This document shows positions 27,755 to 42,600 of a stretch of 64,000 bases of DNA, one piece after another. The position numbers and the translations under genes are program-made. Positions within the stretch are counted from its first letter, which is position 1. Each line of letters starts with the position of its first letter. The notes under the pieces were generated by a model that was given only the letters and a program-made list of their open reading frames with translations, did not search any database and was not told the origin of the DNA. The stretch lies in assembly GCF_009914755.1 (NCBI RefSeq), contig NC_060932.1. The stretch is one strand, 5' to 3'. This DNA is from the human T2T-CHM13v2.0 reference genome, Homo sapiens.

Positions 27755-28867
27755 TCAATTAAATGCAGTTGAACTGAAGATGCACTTATTTTCATCAAAA
27801 ATTACATTGACGCACCTAATAGTAAGGAGAGAAGCAGAAAAAGCACAAAAGCACAGCCATTTGGGCCATTTAGTGTACAAGCAAATAGCTCTATTTATGG
27901 CACTGGGTCCTCCAGGAATGGATACTGTTCTTGAAGTCAGGAGACTTGGATGTGAGACTTGGATGTGAGTCCTGGTTCTCTTTTTTTTTTTTAGGTGTGT
28001 GATTTTGTAAAACGGAAACAATCATAGCTATCATAGCTTTTTCCTGTATTGGTACATGCTGGCATTATCCTGACTGATTCTCCCAGCAACCTGAGAAGGG
28101 AGCTAAGTTATCATCTTCTTTCTATCCATGAAAAGACCAAGGCCTGAAGCAATTGTTACCTGCTCAGTATCAAATAAATAGGAAAACCCATCTTCATCTT
28201 TCTATATATCTATTTATACCTACAGTGATTGAAATGGTAAAAGTTTGAAAAATATAAATGAGAATACAGCATAATAATTGATATTCATTTTGCATAATGA
28301 TAATTCTAATGACATTAAGAAAAGTTTAAGTTGTGTTCATTACATATTAATAAAGAAATAAGAAAGCCTAATGCATACTTGAAGACTTCTCTCTATAAAA
28401 TTATTTTCAACAATAAAAAGAATAAAGAAAAGAAAGAAAATGTAAAGAAAAATAGGTGTTGATAGCTTAATAAAATGGAGGGTTTTTTTGGTAGTTTTCT
28501 GTAACAATCGCTTATGAAAAATTCCTGTATAAAGACCCACTTGTGGAAACTGATTTTCAAATTACTGATCTAGCTACATATGTACAGTTAGTCCCAATTA
28601 AGTGAAAAAAAGACTAGGGTCTTCATAGAAAAATGAAGTCAATTTAAGAAATGAGTTTAAGAGTATTGATTTTACAGGCTATTGAGTTAACAAAGCAATT
28701 TCAGTTTCTCTGAACTCCATTAATGCTTTTAAGTGGTTATTTCACTTTTCCTCCTGGGCTGACTCAATAAAGCTATAAAGATATTCTGCGTGGCCTGGGG
28801 ACATGAGGAAGCCGAGACGGCTGAGGCCATGGCTGGGTGCAAGCTTGCTGACCACCCCTGGAATCAC

Positions 28868-28962
28868 CTTGCCGTACGTTGCCTTGTACTTTTGCTTGAT
28901 TTGTTGCCTCTCATCTGATGTCCTGCCCGATAAGATTTCAATGATGGCTGCTTCATTGGTCC
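28868..28962 (-). CDS. ANXA13: ANXA13 exon 4 (G-TNEAAIIEILSGRTSDERQQIKQKYKATYGK)
   Basis: TTTTAG|GG ACC...AAG|GTGATT; 95 nt. Confidence 0.97.
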
Positions 28963-29225
28963 CTAAAATACAGGAGAAACAAACAAAGCCACAGTGAATA
29001 AGAAACAAGGTGGAAGTTTATTTTAGTCCAGGGTGAGGAAGCCAGGACTCACAGCTTAAAGGTGGTTGGAGGTGTCTATGGAACCCAACGGACCCTTAGC
29101 TTTGATGCCTTGTGCTGAAAACTGTATTCTTTTCATTCACTTAGACAAATAGCCATTGAGGCCTCACAGCACATGGCACACAGTGCTAGGCATTGTGGTG
29201 GAAAGAGGAACGAGTATGGCTGGTT

Positions 29226-29760
29226 CCTTAATTTTATTCCTAGGGAAATGAAAACATATGTCCACCCAACAATTGCATGTGAATGTTCATAGCAGCATTA
29301 CTCATAATAGCTCAAACGTGGAAGCAGCCCCAGTGTTCATCACCTGAAGATGAATAAACAAAATATGGGGTATCCATACAATGGAATGTTATTTGGCCAG
29401 AAAAAGGAATAAATTACTGATAGATGTTATAACATGGATGAACCTTGAGAACATTATGCTAAGTGAAAGAAGTCAATCATAGCAGATCACATGTTATATA
29501 ATTCCATTCGTATGAAAGTCCGGAACAGGAGAATATACAGAGGCTGGAAGTATACTAGTGGCTGGGGGTGGGTGGGCTGCCTAGGGGGATGGTAGCTGGA
29601 GTCCAGGGCTGCTTTTTGAAGTGATGAAAATGTTCTAAAATTGACTGTGGTGGTGGTTGCATGCATCTGTGAGTATAACAAAAACTGTTGAATTGAACAC
29701 TTTAAATGGGTGAATTATATGGTGCATGAATTATATCTCAATTAAAATGTTTTAAAAAAC
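29226..29760 (+). mobile_element. Old L1 3' fragment (L1ME/L1MB-like)
   Basis: atgttcatagcagcattactcataatagc...atggatgaaccttgagaacattatgctaagtgaaagaag. Confidence 0.85.
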
Positions 29761-30635
29761 AAAAAGGAAAAAGATGGCCTGTTCCTTGGCCTCTGGGTGC
29801 TTACAATTGCATGAACAAGATTAGGATATAGGCTGAAACTGTTACAATATTAACCCCACCCATACATTTGTTAATCTCAGGAGAGAAGTCTTGATTGAAA
29901 CCATGAAGGGAGGTTGCCCCTTTTAACTCCTATTACCTTTAGATTATGTTATTTTTAGAAGCTTTTTTACCCCTGATGCTCAAAGTAATACAAGCTCATG
30001 GCAGCAATTTGATCAGTACTGAAAACTATAGTGAATAAGAAAGAAGGGGAGAATGTCCTTGTTTGAACCAGGAACCAGGATCGGAAAGATGACACAGGTA
30101 TTTCCAGTGTGCGAATAAGAAAGACGGTTTTACCATCAAACCCCACATTAGATTTATTCAGGTTGGACTCAAATCACAGCTCCACCCTGTACCGACTGCA
30201 TGACATTGGGCAAGTGATTTTTCTTGCCAAGTCTCAGTTTTCCCACCTCTAAGATGAGGGTAATAGTATACAAGGCTATTGTGAGAATGAAATGCGAGAA
30301 TCCAAGTGTGGGTCCAGTCCGCGCTGGTCCTAAGCACGCACGTGGGAAACCCGGGACACCAGGGGATGTAAATGACCACGCGCCTGGCACTGCCTCACAT
30401 CCATGCAGGGTGTGCACAGGGACCACCCTCCATGAACTGCTCACCCCAGTGATCGAGCTCGGTGGGATCAAGGCACAGCAGTCAGCAATCTCTGGAGCTG
30501 GAGGAAATGTTAGAGACTATCTAGTCCAAGCTCTTCTTTACAGAAGAGGAAGCTGAGGCACAATGCAGCACCTCTTCTCGGTTCCTGCATGTACCTGACT
30601 GTTCTGCAGCATTTGAATTCTGCAGTCGGGAATTA

Positions 30636-30922
<287 letters not shown>

Positions 30923-33665
30923 TGCGGTTGACAATTCTTTGCGTGAAACACCTTCCTAGATGGCTTTGTACCTCCTTTCCCAGTCTTTCCTTTCTCCTCT
31001 CCATCACCTCCCTCTCAGGGTTCTTGATTGGCCTGTATTCTTCCACTGGCCTTTTAAACTCGATTTTCAGTTCTCCTCTCTATTGGAGTCACTCCTTTCC
31101 CAGGCGACTTTCGCCCTTTGACTGATGACTCCAGGATCAGCGCCTCTAGCCCTAATCTCTCCTCTGAGTTCAGATCTTATTTCCAGCTGCCTGTAGTCAA
31201 CTTCCCACGGATCTCCCAAGGCATTTCAACTTCCATTGTAGCTTAAACCAAACTCATTTTGTCTATCCTTAAATCCACTCCTCATCCTGTTCCTTTGTCT
31301 CAGTGCATGGCATCACACGGATTAGAGAAAATCCAAAGTCACCTTTGAGGGCCCACCTGTCTTTTTTACTCTCAAATACTACCAAGTCCTGCCTGTCTCA
31401 CCTATGAGACAACTCTTTTACCTGTTCCTCTTCTTCATTCCTTCTGTCACTGCCTAACAGGTCCTAAGTGTTTTTAGCCTTCACCCCGATACCAGGCTCT
31501 GATCTCTGCAGTCCACCCTGGGAAGCTCGCATGTGTTCACTTCACACCATACTTTAAATACCTTTAGTGATTCCTCTTGACTCCTAGAATTACATCAGAA
31601 TCCCTTATGGTGGCATCGAGACTTCCTGCAGTTTGGTGTCATGCTACTCTTCTAGATCCATCTCTGCACAGAGCAGCCCAAGGCTTACTCACCTAATCTC
31701 AGCCACACTTGTTAAGTTTCTGCTTCCTCTGTTTTGGCACAGCACACTATTTACATGTATGTTTCTAGGATCACTGCAGTGATTATCCAAGACTGCAGTA
31801 GTGACATTCTGAGCCCGACACCTGGGCTCTAGGGAGTGGCCACTACATGGCAGTGTGTGCTGTTACAGTGTCACTTACTGCTGTCTTGCTCTGGTTGGTG
31901 TGTGGACCTAGATGATGGCTGCCACCCAGCTGAGCCATCAGGATCCTGAAGGAACAAGATCGTGCAATGCATTTTGATGGAAGGGTTGAGAGTAGGAAAA
32001 ATCTAGGCCATGGGGATGGGAAATGAATGGAGGGAAACTAGCTGGAGATGGGGTAGAGAAAAAAAAGGGAGCCCTGGCAAAAAAATGTGAGCTGTTTAAC
32101 CCTCCTTCTGCTCCAGCACCAGCCCTCAGAGTCAGCTTTGGAAAGACAGAGAGGCGACTTGGAAAGACAGGCCTGAGCAGGGGTCTGATGTGACAACCAT
32201 GTTCCAAACCTTTGGGTCCTTGAACCGTTCACTTAACCTCAAAGAGTATTTTCACCTCTACAGCTCTGGGAACATTTAGCTGTTTGGTTTCAATTGGAGA
32301 AACAGAATTCTAGGAGGATCTCACTTGCAAAAATAGCAGGAGTGAGTTGCCTGCCTGGTGCTGGCTTGGTTTCAACACTGGGATTCACGTTGTCCTCCTT
32401 CATTTCCTCCCGGAGCTTCGCCTCCATCGTGGGAATCCAATTACTCATTCTATGACACTATTATGATTTTTAAAAAAAAACTTCGGAGTGTCAGAAATCT
32501 CACTTCAAAAGGGATTTCTTTTTCTTGTAAATATCTCTTGAGCCTACCTCTTTCTTTCCATTCAGGCCACTCCTGTCCCAGACGAGGGCCTTGGCCTCTC
32601 AGGCCTGGATCCTGGCAGGTGCCAAGCCCGGAAGGAGCCTTTCTGCGTGCAGGAGACCCACTCACTGTACTGGGCCAGCCAGGAAGCTGGGGCTCAGGCC
32701 TGGCTGTCCCCTTTCCCTCACCCCACATTCAATCAGACTAAGGCCTCTCCATTCCACCTCCTTAGTGCCTCTCAGATGCACCCATTTCTCTCCATCCTCA
32801 TCTCCACCCCATCGCTCAGCAGAACTATGGATACCACCCACATGCAAGTTCCTCTGTTGCTCTCACTTTTTCCAATTGGCATTCACTGCCCCCAGAACAA
32901 CCGTTCTGAAGTGCAGATTGGCCTGCTCACCCCTCTGCTTCAAACCTTTCAGTATAGGCCCTCTCAAATGCAGAATGAGGCTTCAACTCTGCAGGGGGGC
33001 CTATGGGGCCTTTTGGCCTCTCAAAGTCTCATCCTCCTACCTGTCCTCTCCCAGGCTACTTTCCACCCACTTTGTAGATGATTTGCAGCTCCTAGAACAA
33101 ACAACACTTTCTTTCTTGCCTCTGGGTCTTTGCATGGGCTGTTCCCCTCATCTGGAACACACCAATCCTCACCTCCACTCCTACTTCTCCTTCAGGTCTC
33201 AGCTCCCTGCACACTCCTGGACAGATGAGGCATCTCGCCCTCTGTGTCTCTCATGCTGCCTGCTCTTCCTTTTTCTGCCAGGACACATGGCAAATTCCAC
33301 GGGAGCAGAGTATTTTGTTCACCATGGTATTCCCACAGAAGGCTGTCAGTATTTATCAGATGACTTGCTGAATGAACGGATGCTTAAACATGTGCACAGA
33401 TGAATGAATGAATTGATGGGTGAATGAATGAATGAATGGATGAATGAGGAAGTTTGCATGTCATCACGACAGAACCTTGTCTCTGAAGTGGTTTAAGTTG
33501 TATGTGATATTCAGATGGGTCTGTGTAGCAAGGACCAATAGAAATCCTCCATACTCTGATGCCACATGGAGTCCACAACTGGATAATCAGGAAAATGAAA
33601 TTAATATTGAAAATAATAGTGATCTTTAGATGTTCTTTTTGGGAATGCTTTAAAAAAAAAGAGAC

Positions 33666-34100
33666 CAACCCAAATGCCCATCAATGATAGACTGGATAAA
33701 GAAAATGTGGCACATATACACCATGGAATACTATGCAGCCATAAAAAAGAATGAGTTCATGTCCTTTGCAGGGACATGGATGAAGCTGGAAATCATTATT
33801 CTCAGCAAACTAACACAGGAACAGAAAAGCAAACACTGCATGTTCTCACTCATAAGTGAGAGTTGAACAATGAGAACACATGGACACAGGGAGGGGAACA
33901 TCATACACCAGGGCCTGTCAGGGGGTCAGGGGCAAGGGGAGGGATAGCATTAGGAGAAATACCTAATGTAGATAACGGGTTGATGGGTGTAGCAAACCAC
34001 CATGGCATATGTATACCTATGTAGCAAACCTGAACCTTCTACACATGTATCCCAGAACTTAAAGTATAATAATAATAATAAAAAACCTAATAAAAATCTA
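33666..34100 (+). mobile_element. L1PA 3' end (ORF2 C-terminal remnant plus 3'UTR)
   Basis: Translates to WIKKMWHIYTMEYYAAIKKNEFMSFAGTWMKLE; ends cagaacttaaagtataataa. Confidence 0.95.
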
Positions 34101-34904
34101 TGAAATTTTAAAGCTAAAAAAGAAAAAAAAGGGCGAGAAACCAGATTGCAAAACAGTCCTGAGACGGCCCAGCAACAACCTGGACGTCGGGGGAGGCTAT
34201 GAAAACAACACTGGATTTCCCCCAAGTTCTTTGAGTCCAGGTCTCAGGTTGATCCGGGGGGTGTTTCTACTACCCAGTCACTGAACAGTGACCTCACTTT
34301 ACATTTCACAATATGTGTATCGTATAAGCAGTGCCGCTGAATGATTTCCTGTAAATACTTACAATGGTTTGAGGCACCAGGGCCAGTCCCCAGTGGTTCT
34401 GGGAAAGGCTTTTTTAAAAATGAGAAAAGAAGGAGCCACACACTGGACACTGTAATTTCACAGCAGAGGTCAAAGACGGGGCAATAATCAGCCTCAGGAA
34501 GTGCCTCCGGGCCTCCTTGGTTTTGCTTTTCCGAGAAATTTTCTGGGAAGATACCGAGTCACATTTCAGCAGGAAGGGGGCTCCAGACAGGGTGGGAAGC
34601 CCCCAGGCCCTTGTGGCAGAACAGTGATCGGGGCTGTGGTGGAGGCTCAGCTTTCCCTTGGGCTCCAATGCCAGCCCAGCCTGCCTGGCTGGGCCCAGGA
34701 GGCTGCAGCCCCCGCTCTGGTGCTTAAGGGTCACTCTCTTCTGCTAGCACTGCTGGGCCGCGCAGTCCCTCATTTCTCCTTTGGAAATGGGAGTGCAAGG
34801 AAGACAGATGAAGTAATGAATGGGCACAGTCCTGCCTGCCTGAGCAAGTCACTGCTTCCCACTTGTTCACTGTCTCAGTTTCCGGAGGGGAGGCTGCTGA
34901 TTCA

Positions 34905-35315
34905 ATGACCACAAACTTGATAGCTTAAAACAACAGCAGTCTATTCCTGCACAGCTCTGGAGGGTGGAAGTCTGAAATCCTGGTGTCGGCAGGCCCACAG
35001 TCCCTCCAGCAGCCCCGGGGCAGTGTCTGTTCCTTGCCCCTCCTGGCTTCTGCCGGGAACCCTTAGCATTCTTGGGTTTCTGGCCATATCTCTCTAGTCT
35101 CTGTCTCCATCTGCCCATGGCCTTCTCTGTGTGTCTCTGTCTCTCCTAAGGACACTTGTCATTAGATATAGGGCTCACCCAGGTAATCCAGGATAATCAC
35201 ATCTCAGGATCTTTAACTTAATTATATCTGCAAAGACGCTTTTTCCAAACAGTCATGTTCACGGGTTCTGGGGGGATATATTTTTGGGGAGCCCCCATTC
35301 AACCCAGTTCACCCT
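34905..35315 (-). mobile_element. MLT1 (A/B/C-like) LTR
   Basis: accacaaacttgatagcttaaaacaac...ctttaacttaattatatctgcaaagac. Confidence 0.8.
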
Positions 35316-35532
35316 GAGTGATGGAGAACAAGGGCGCGCCTACTCAATGCTCATACCGATCTCACTGGCTTTGTGCAGATTTTGGATCCCAGCACATTGT
35401 TCCAAAGGAGGCGATCCACATGCAACGAGGGCCAATGAGGTGCTGGGCTCTGCGTTGCCTGCTTTATCCCTCTCCATGTGAGGAGACATTGTTATCCTCA
35501 TTTTGTAGATGAGAACACAGGTTGCACATTCA

Positions 35533-35700
35533 CTCTCCCTCCCTCCCTCTCTTCCTCTCTCTTCTTTCTTCTTTCTCTCTCTTCCTCCTTCTCTTCTTTC
35601 TCTCCTTCACTCTCTCCCTCCCTCTCTCTTCTCTCTTTCTCTTCTCTCTCCCTATCTTCTTTCTTTTCCTCCCTCCTTCTCTGTCTTCCTCCCCCCATTC
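35533..35700. repeat. Polypyrimidine (CT-rich) low-complexity tract
   Basis: About 170 nt almost entirely C/T. Confidence 0.9.
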
Positions 35701-35730
35701 TCTAGCTCTGATTTATTCAAGAATTCTTAA

Positions 35731-35860
35731 CGCATTGATGCCTGAGGTTGCAGTTTTTTGAATTTTTGCAATCAGACCTTGGCAATGACCTTGAGCAGTA
35801 GGATATAAATAACTCCCACATGCTTAGTGTCCCAATAATGGAACACTAGGCATAAATGGG
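35731..35860 (-). mobile_element. MER85 piggyBac MITE, copy 2
   Basis: TTAA at 35727-30; reverse complement reads CCCATTTATGCCTAGTGTTCCATTATTGG...GCAACCTCAGGCATCAATGCG; right flank TTTTAA. Confidence 0.92.
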
Positions 35861-35981
35861 TTTTAATATGTAGCCATAGCTTGTACTACTTTCCTACCAG
35901 ATCTTCCCAATCCCAACTCCTGCAGACTTGTCAACATTTCTTGGGCAAGGCTACCATTCTATGGCTAGATAAGTTTCATAT

Positions 35982-36297
<316 letters not shown>

Positions 36298-36464
36298 TAA
36301 AGCAAAATATGTTTCCTTGGAACTTCTACCATGGATCCAAGTTTTATTCCTCTGGAGCCATACAAAAAATTTGTGGCCATATTTATTCTACCATGACACC
36401 CATTCTAGGAAAGTAAATCTCTACTAATCCACTTCTATGTAAAAAACCTATCACTTGTTTTTGT

Positions 36465-36750
36465 AAAACATTATGCCAAGTAAAAGAAGCCACATATCAT
36501 ATGATTCTATTTATGTGAAATGTCCAGAATAAGCAAATCTGTGGAGACAGAAAGCTGATTAGTGATTGCCTGGAGGTGAAGGGAGGAAGGGGCTGCTAAT
36601 GGGTGTGAGGTTTCTTTCTGGGGTGATGAAATGTTCTGGAATAAGTGGAGATGGTCGCAAAATCCTGTGAATATACTAAAACTCTGAACTGCATGCTGCA
36701 AAAGGGTGAATTTTATGGTATGCAAATTATATCTCGATAAGCAAAAAATT
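36465..36750 (+). mobile_element. Old L1 3' fragment (L1ME/MB-like)
   Basis: tatgattctatttatgtgaaatgtccagaataagcaaatc...tctggggtgatgaaatgttctgg. Confidence 0.8.
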
Positions 36751-37838
36751 AGTTTAATAAAACATTCTGTGGACTGACATGGCTCCTACCTATTGTTAAT
36801 GACACTGAGCAATGTCTTCTCAGTCTGTCCCCACCCCCTCCAGGACTGCAGCCATGTGGCTGAGGTGCCCTAGCTAGGATGTCTCTAAATTGGTGGCATT
36901 TGGAGTGAGTGACAAGAATATGTTCAATCACAGTGTTCCCCACTTACTGGCTTGGTGACTTTGGCTGTCTTACTTAAAATGTCAGGTCATCAGTTTCCTC
37001 AGCTGGAAAATGGATTTTTGTAAGAACTTGATGAGATTTTGTATATAAAGTGCTTAGTCCAATGCCTGAAAGTTTAACCGTTTCTCAATAAATGTAAAAA
37101 AGAAAATCTAGGAAATTAATCCACTTTGCCCCTTGACCCCTCTGTCTCCTTCAATGATTTCACTTGCTTGTTGTTCTGGAACTCCTGATCAGCAAGCCCA
37201 GAGTCAATCAATTTTTCCCGTCCTACCTCCAAGGATACAGGGGAAAATCACACAACCATGTGGGCTGGAGCCATGAGAAACCATGATCTCCCTACTCAGT
37301 GGGGCCCTTAGTGTGTATCAGCAGTCTTCTGTTGGTCGTCTCCCCCTTCTCTGCTACTCAAGGGCTATTTCAAGCCACCACTCAAGCCCCATACTCCATT
37401 GTCAAACCCTTCTCTTTAGCAGACAACCTCACCTACCACTCACTGAGCAATGTCAGGTTACCAGGCATGGATGCCTTCAATTTCTGCCCCAACAACACCT
37501 ATGAAGGCATCTACTCCAGCTGTCAGTCTCAGTACCTTCCCTCCCTGTCCTGTTCAAGGGAAATCCTTCCATCTGTGCTTTGGATGTCACCCTCTTCCAG
37601 GCTTCTGGGACTAGACCTTGTGTCATGAGTGGCTTCCTTGGATCCCAGGGCCTCTCTTCATGGCCCTAGACCTAGATGCTGTCTCCCTCATCCCACCCTG
37701 GTCCCTGGTCTACCTTTGTTTTGACTTCCTGCAGAGTCCCCCACTCTTGGCCATGCACTGACCCTTAGGATGTAAACAGCTTCTCCATTTTCAACCCTTG
37801 ATGGTTGATCTTGGCCAGTTACTCACTTGATTTAGTTC

Positions 37839-38138
37839 TTTTTTCTTTTTTTTTTTTTGAGATGGAGTCTCTCTCTGTCACCCAGGCTGGAGTGTAGTGG
37901 CGCAATCTCGGCTCACTGCAACCTCTGACTCCCTGGTTCAAGCGATTCTCCTGCTTCAGCCTCCTGAGTAGCTAGGATTACCGGCACATGCCAATACCCT
38001 CAGCTAATTTTTGTATTTTTAGTGGAGATGGGGTTTCACCATGTTGGCCAGGATGGTTTCCATCTCTTGACCTCGTGATCCGCCTGCTTCGGCCTCCCAA
38101 AGTATTGGGATTACAGGCGTGAGCCACTGTGCCCGGCC
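37839..38138 (-). mobile_element. Alu (AluSc-like)
   Basis: Full dimer; ccaggatggtttccatctcttgacctcgtgatc. Confidence 0.95.
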
Positions 38139-38244
38139 GATCTACTTCTACATGCTGCTTCCAGGTCCCTAATCCGGCTCTCATCAGACTCAATTCCCCA
38201 CCATCTCCTAGGGAAGGGATCAGAGGGGTTTAGATCATACCAGG

Positions 38245-38616
38245 TTTGGCTGGTTTGGCTGTGTCCTCACCCAAATCTCATCTTGAATCGTAGCTCCCAT
38301 AATTCCCACATGTTGTGGGAGGGACTTGGTGGGAGATAATTGACTCACAGGGGCAGTTTCCCCCATACCGTTCTCACGGTAGTGAATGAGTCTCACGAGA
38401 TCAGATGATTTTATAAGGGGAAACTCCTTTCACTTGGTTCTCATTCTCTCTTTCCTGCTGCCATATAAGAAGTCCCTCTGCTCTTCCTTTGTCTTCTGCC
38501 ATGCTTGTGAGGCCTCCTCAGCCATGTGGAACTGTGAGTCCATTAAACTCTTTTTCTTTATAAATTACCCCACCTCGGGTATGTCTTTATTAGCAGTGTG
38601 AGAACAGACTAATACA
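38245..38616 (+). mobile_element. THE1 solo LTR
   Basis: tggtttggctgtgtcctcacccaaatctcatcttgaat...gactaataca; TSD ccagg. Confidence 0.92.
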
Positions 38617-38903
38617 CCAGGATTGCATGAACTGCACTTCTCATGAAGTTTCTCTCACCTCAAGTTCAAATTAAACGTCACAATATCCAACTCCTAGCTG
38701 TTATATAGAATCCTGAAAAGTAATAGGATCCTACTGTAATTTTGCGAACTTTAATAAAGAGGTTAGTGGAAGTGATTGACTTGCGTTAGCTCGGAATACA
38801 CAAGATAGTGAGATGTCAGCTTCCTAACATCATGGGGAAGTTGGACATGAGACCAAGTTTAATCAACTTCAGAAGCAAATTAGCAACAAAATATCTCTCA
38901 TAC

Positions 38904-38979
38904 CCATTCCTTTGCAGGCTTTGTTCAGCTTTTTGGCATCTCGATCCACATCAAAACCCTGAGGACTGCTCGCTTTAGC
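38904..38979 (-). CDS. ANXA13: ANXA13 exon 3 (AKASSPQGFDVDRDAKKLNKACKGM-G)
   Basis: TTTTCTCCAG|GCT...ATG G|GTATGA; 76 nt. Confidence 0.97.
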
Positions 38980-39926
38980 CTGGAGAAAATAATTGAAAAG
39001 GTGAGATGACAATATACGCATTCCTAAATGATCTCTGGCTAAAATCGGTAGCAAACTGGAGGACCAAATAGTCATCCTAACCAGGGACCAGCTGTCACTT
39101 CACACACTGGTACATGCGGAAATCAGCTGGGGAGACTCTGGCCCCAGAGAGGTGGCTGGTACTCCTTGGGGCCAGCTGGCCTTGGATGACCAGGAGAATG
39201 GGCCCCTCTGTTCTCAAGGACAATCATCCTGGCCAGCTCTGCAATGAGAGATTTTCATATCAACCCCACCTTTGTGTGTCTGCCTCTGAAACAAAGAATA
39301 ATACTGTAAGCCAGTGTACTGGAGTGCTTGTTCTCCCCCTTTGTCATGAGACACAGCTATGTCTAAGGAATAGGTCAGAGGCTGAGGGTTCTAGGACCTT
39401 ATTACAGGTTCATATGGTGACTTGGATCTTTGCCATCCATACAATGAGAGATACATATTTGGTTTGTTGGAGATACTGTAGGAACCAGTAAAAGCACAGT
39501 TTTGGTTTTAGTGCTCCTTGGGAAGGTAAAGTCCTGTTTATATAGTGTATTGAGCTGTTTCCCATACTTCAGTCATTGGCACAATACATGCACTATTGCA
39601 TCCACAGTTACCTATGTCTAAATAATAAGGAAATTATTGTTTGCTTATAATTATTATTTGCTTATTATTTTCTTTTAAATTGACATTTGTTTTTACTTAA
39701 AGTTATCTTAAAAAGGAAATTTTTGTGAGCACAAAAATGGAAACCCAGTATTGCTTGCATAAATGGAAGGTAACCATAAATATAAACACATAACTATTAA
39801 AAACTGCAATTAACCTGTGAGGTTAATTGTAGTTATGCAGCTGGTAGCTAGGAACACACCCTGAGTTTCCTGTCTTTGCCTTTTCTCATGGAGCTTTTCC
39901 TAAGTGATATGTGTCCATATATTTTC

Positions 39927-40218
39927 TTTTCTTTTTTGAGACACAGTCTCTCTCTGTCAACCAGGCTGGAGTGAAGTGGTGCGATCTCAGCTCACTACAA
40001 CCTCCACCTCCTGGGTTCAAGTGATTTTCATGCCTCAGCCTCCCCATAGCTGGGATTATAGGTGCACGCCACCATGCCTGGCTAATTTTTTGTATTTTTA
40101 GTAGAGATGGGGTTTTGCCATGTTTCCCAGGCTGGTCTTGAACTCCTGAGCTCAGGCAATCTGCCTGCCTTGGCCTCCCAAAGTGCTGGGATTACAGGTG
40201 TGAGCCACGGCGCCCGGC
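39927..40218 (-). mobile_element. Alu (AluS-type)
   Basis: TSD tgtccatatattttc on both sides. Confidence 0.95.
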
Positions 40219-41358
40219 ATGTCCATATATTTTCCATCCTTCAGTGAAGGCTGGTTTAAGTGCTACTGGCAGTAGCACCGCAGTTCAACTCTCCCTGCTT
40301 TCATATCCTTTGGCACCCAGTGGAAGTGAACAGTCAACCACATGCAGCTCAGTGGGTATGTTGCCTTTCTCTGCATGGCATCCTTATTCTCCTTATTTCC
40401 CCTTCCCCCATTGTGTGGCCTCACTGGGGCTGTCAGTCATGAGGCTTGAGCCCCTTTGTCCTGCCCTTGGTCACCAATGTAGGCACGTGTCCTGTGACTC
40501 TGGCAATCAGGATTGGTTCAGGAGTGAAGATGTAATCCAAGCAGGATTAGAGTCAATTAGAGTCTTTCCCTTGGTGGATACATAGATACTGAGAGAGATA
40601 CACGTCTGCCTCCTGCTGAGTCTGCTACAGTGAAAGTGCGTGAGTCTAGGGCTCTTAGTGCCCATTTTGTCCACTACATAAAGGGAGAGAGAGAAAGAAT
40701 CACATTGTACAAATCCTCAGACACAGCAGCGCCTGTGTCCTTGGGCTTCCCCGTTTCATTAGCTAGCAAACTTCCTTGGTCTAAGTTAATATGAGTTGGG
40801 TTTCCATCCTTGCGATCCAAAGTGTCCTGGCTAACATCTGTGGGCTGAAGGTGAGTTGGCTTGAGGCTTTAGTTAATGGAGAATCATAGACTCCTAGAGC
40901 CGAAAGGAACATCAGGGCCACCTATAACCTCCCTGCCTTTTGGAACATGAGGGCATGCCCCATCTCGCAGCATCTGTTCCTGAAACAAGCCAGAAAGGGG
41001 ACTGACATTGTTGTACACCTGCTGTGTGCCAGGCAGTTTATAGACCTTTCTTCATTATGCATAGGGAAGAGTGGGCATTACTAGTCTGCCTTCCAGGTAA
41101 GGAAACCTGGGTTCAGGCAGGTTAGATAATTTGTTTGAGGTCTGGCAGGATGCAGGACTGAACCCAGCTCAATTTGCCTCCTAAAGCCTGTGCTCTGTGC
41201 AGCGCACAATACTGCCTCACATTCTATAACTAGAGCTTCCATCATCCAACAGAGGGGTCGGATGACTCTGGAGTTGCAGAATGATACCTCCTGTTTTCCT
41301 TATCCAAATCTTTTGTGAGATGTAAGAAAGCTATTTGGTGCTTTTGTAGGCTTGTTGG

Positions 41359-41536
41359 CAGGACCAGCTACATAATTTGCTGGGCTTAGTACAAAATGAA
41401 AGTGCAGGGCTCCTTCCTCAAAAATTACCAAGAATTTCAATATGGTAACATCAGAGTATTAAGCCAAGCACAGGGCCCTTCTGAGCATGGGGCCCTATGC
41501 AGTTGCAGAGGCTGCACACTTATAAAGGCCACCCTA
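41359..41536. mobile_element. MER45A-like hAT MITE
   Basis: caggaccagctacataatttgc...gggcccttctgagcatggggccc. Confidence 0.65.
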
Positions 41537-42282
41537 CTTTTGATCAAATTCTGAAGGAGCTGGTCCTCTAAGTGTGGAAGTGGCAACTTCGAAATAGTAA
41601 TGGCTTCTTTGCTTTTCATCCGAAGTATTATGGAGTGCCCAGGAAGTGAGGTAGAATTGAATCAGGGCAACAGAAATCTCCTATCACTCGGCTAATTCAT
41701 GAGCTGTTCTCTATGTCCTGTTAGCCTCATCAGTGCAGAGAATTTTGTGGGACACATGATCTGTCCCACTTGACAACTAATGCGCTGAAACAGAGATGCA
41801 GGGCTCTGCAAATGGCTGTGTGGGTTATGCCCTGCCTGAGGCCCTGGCTGAGGGGCTGGGGCAGAACTGAGCTGGGGGCATGCTTGCCAAGCCTGGTGCT
41901 GGCAGGACTGCTTCCCCTCAAGGGTCACCTTTTTCTCATTTGCACAAAGAAGCTGTGAGGGCTTGCAGAGACCGTGTGGAGACTTGTCTAAGATCACCTG
42001 GCCAGGCAGCGGTTGAGTGGGAGCCAAGGCTAGAACCAGATTTTCTGATTCTGACAGATCTAAATGACATGCCTGCCCCTCATCCCCTTCCCGTTTTAGG
42101 GAGGCCATTCCATGATACAAATATCACAGAGTTGTAGGAGCTGAGGGGTGAGACAAAAGAATGCTCTCAACATGCCCAAGACCAAAAAACCTAGTAAATA
42201 AGTGTCATTTGATCCCAAGTAACTCTGATATCTGGGAGGTGCAGCAGGAGAGTGTTGAGTCATGTGCTATGAATGAAGATAA

Positions 42283-42600
<318 letters not shown>

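Noticed and set aside
32591-33403. Longest ORF in the track (270 aa, + strand)
   Set aside because: Starts at TTG rather than ATG, has no recognisable domain, is L/S/C/P-rich, and overlaps degenerate L2-like sequence ending in tgaatgaa repeats; most likely a chance ORF.
33684-33866. ORF with a protein-like sequence (also 53019-53228)
   Set aside because: These are remnants of the L1 ORF2 C-terminus, not host genes.
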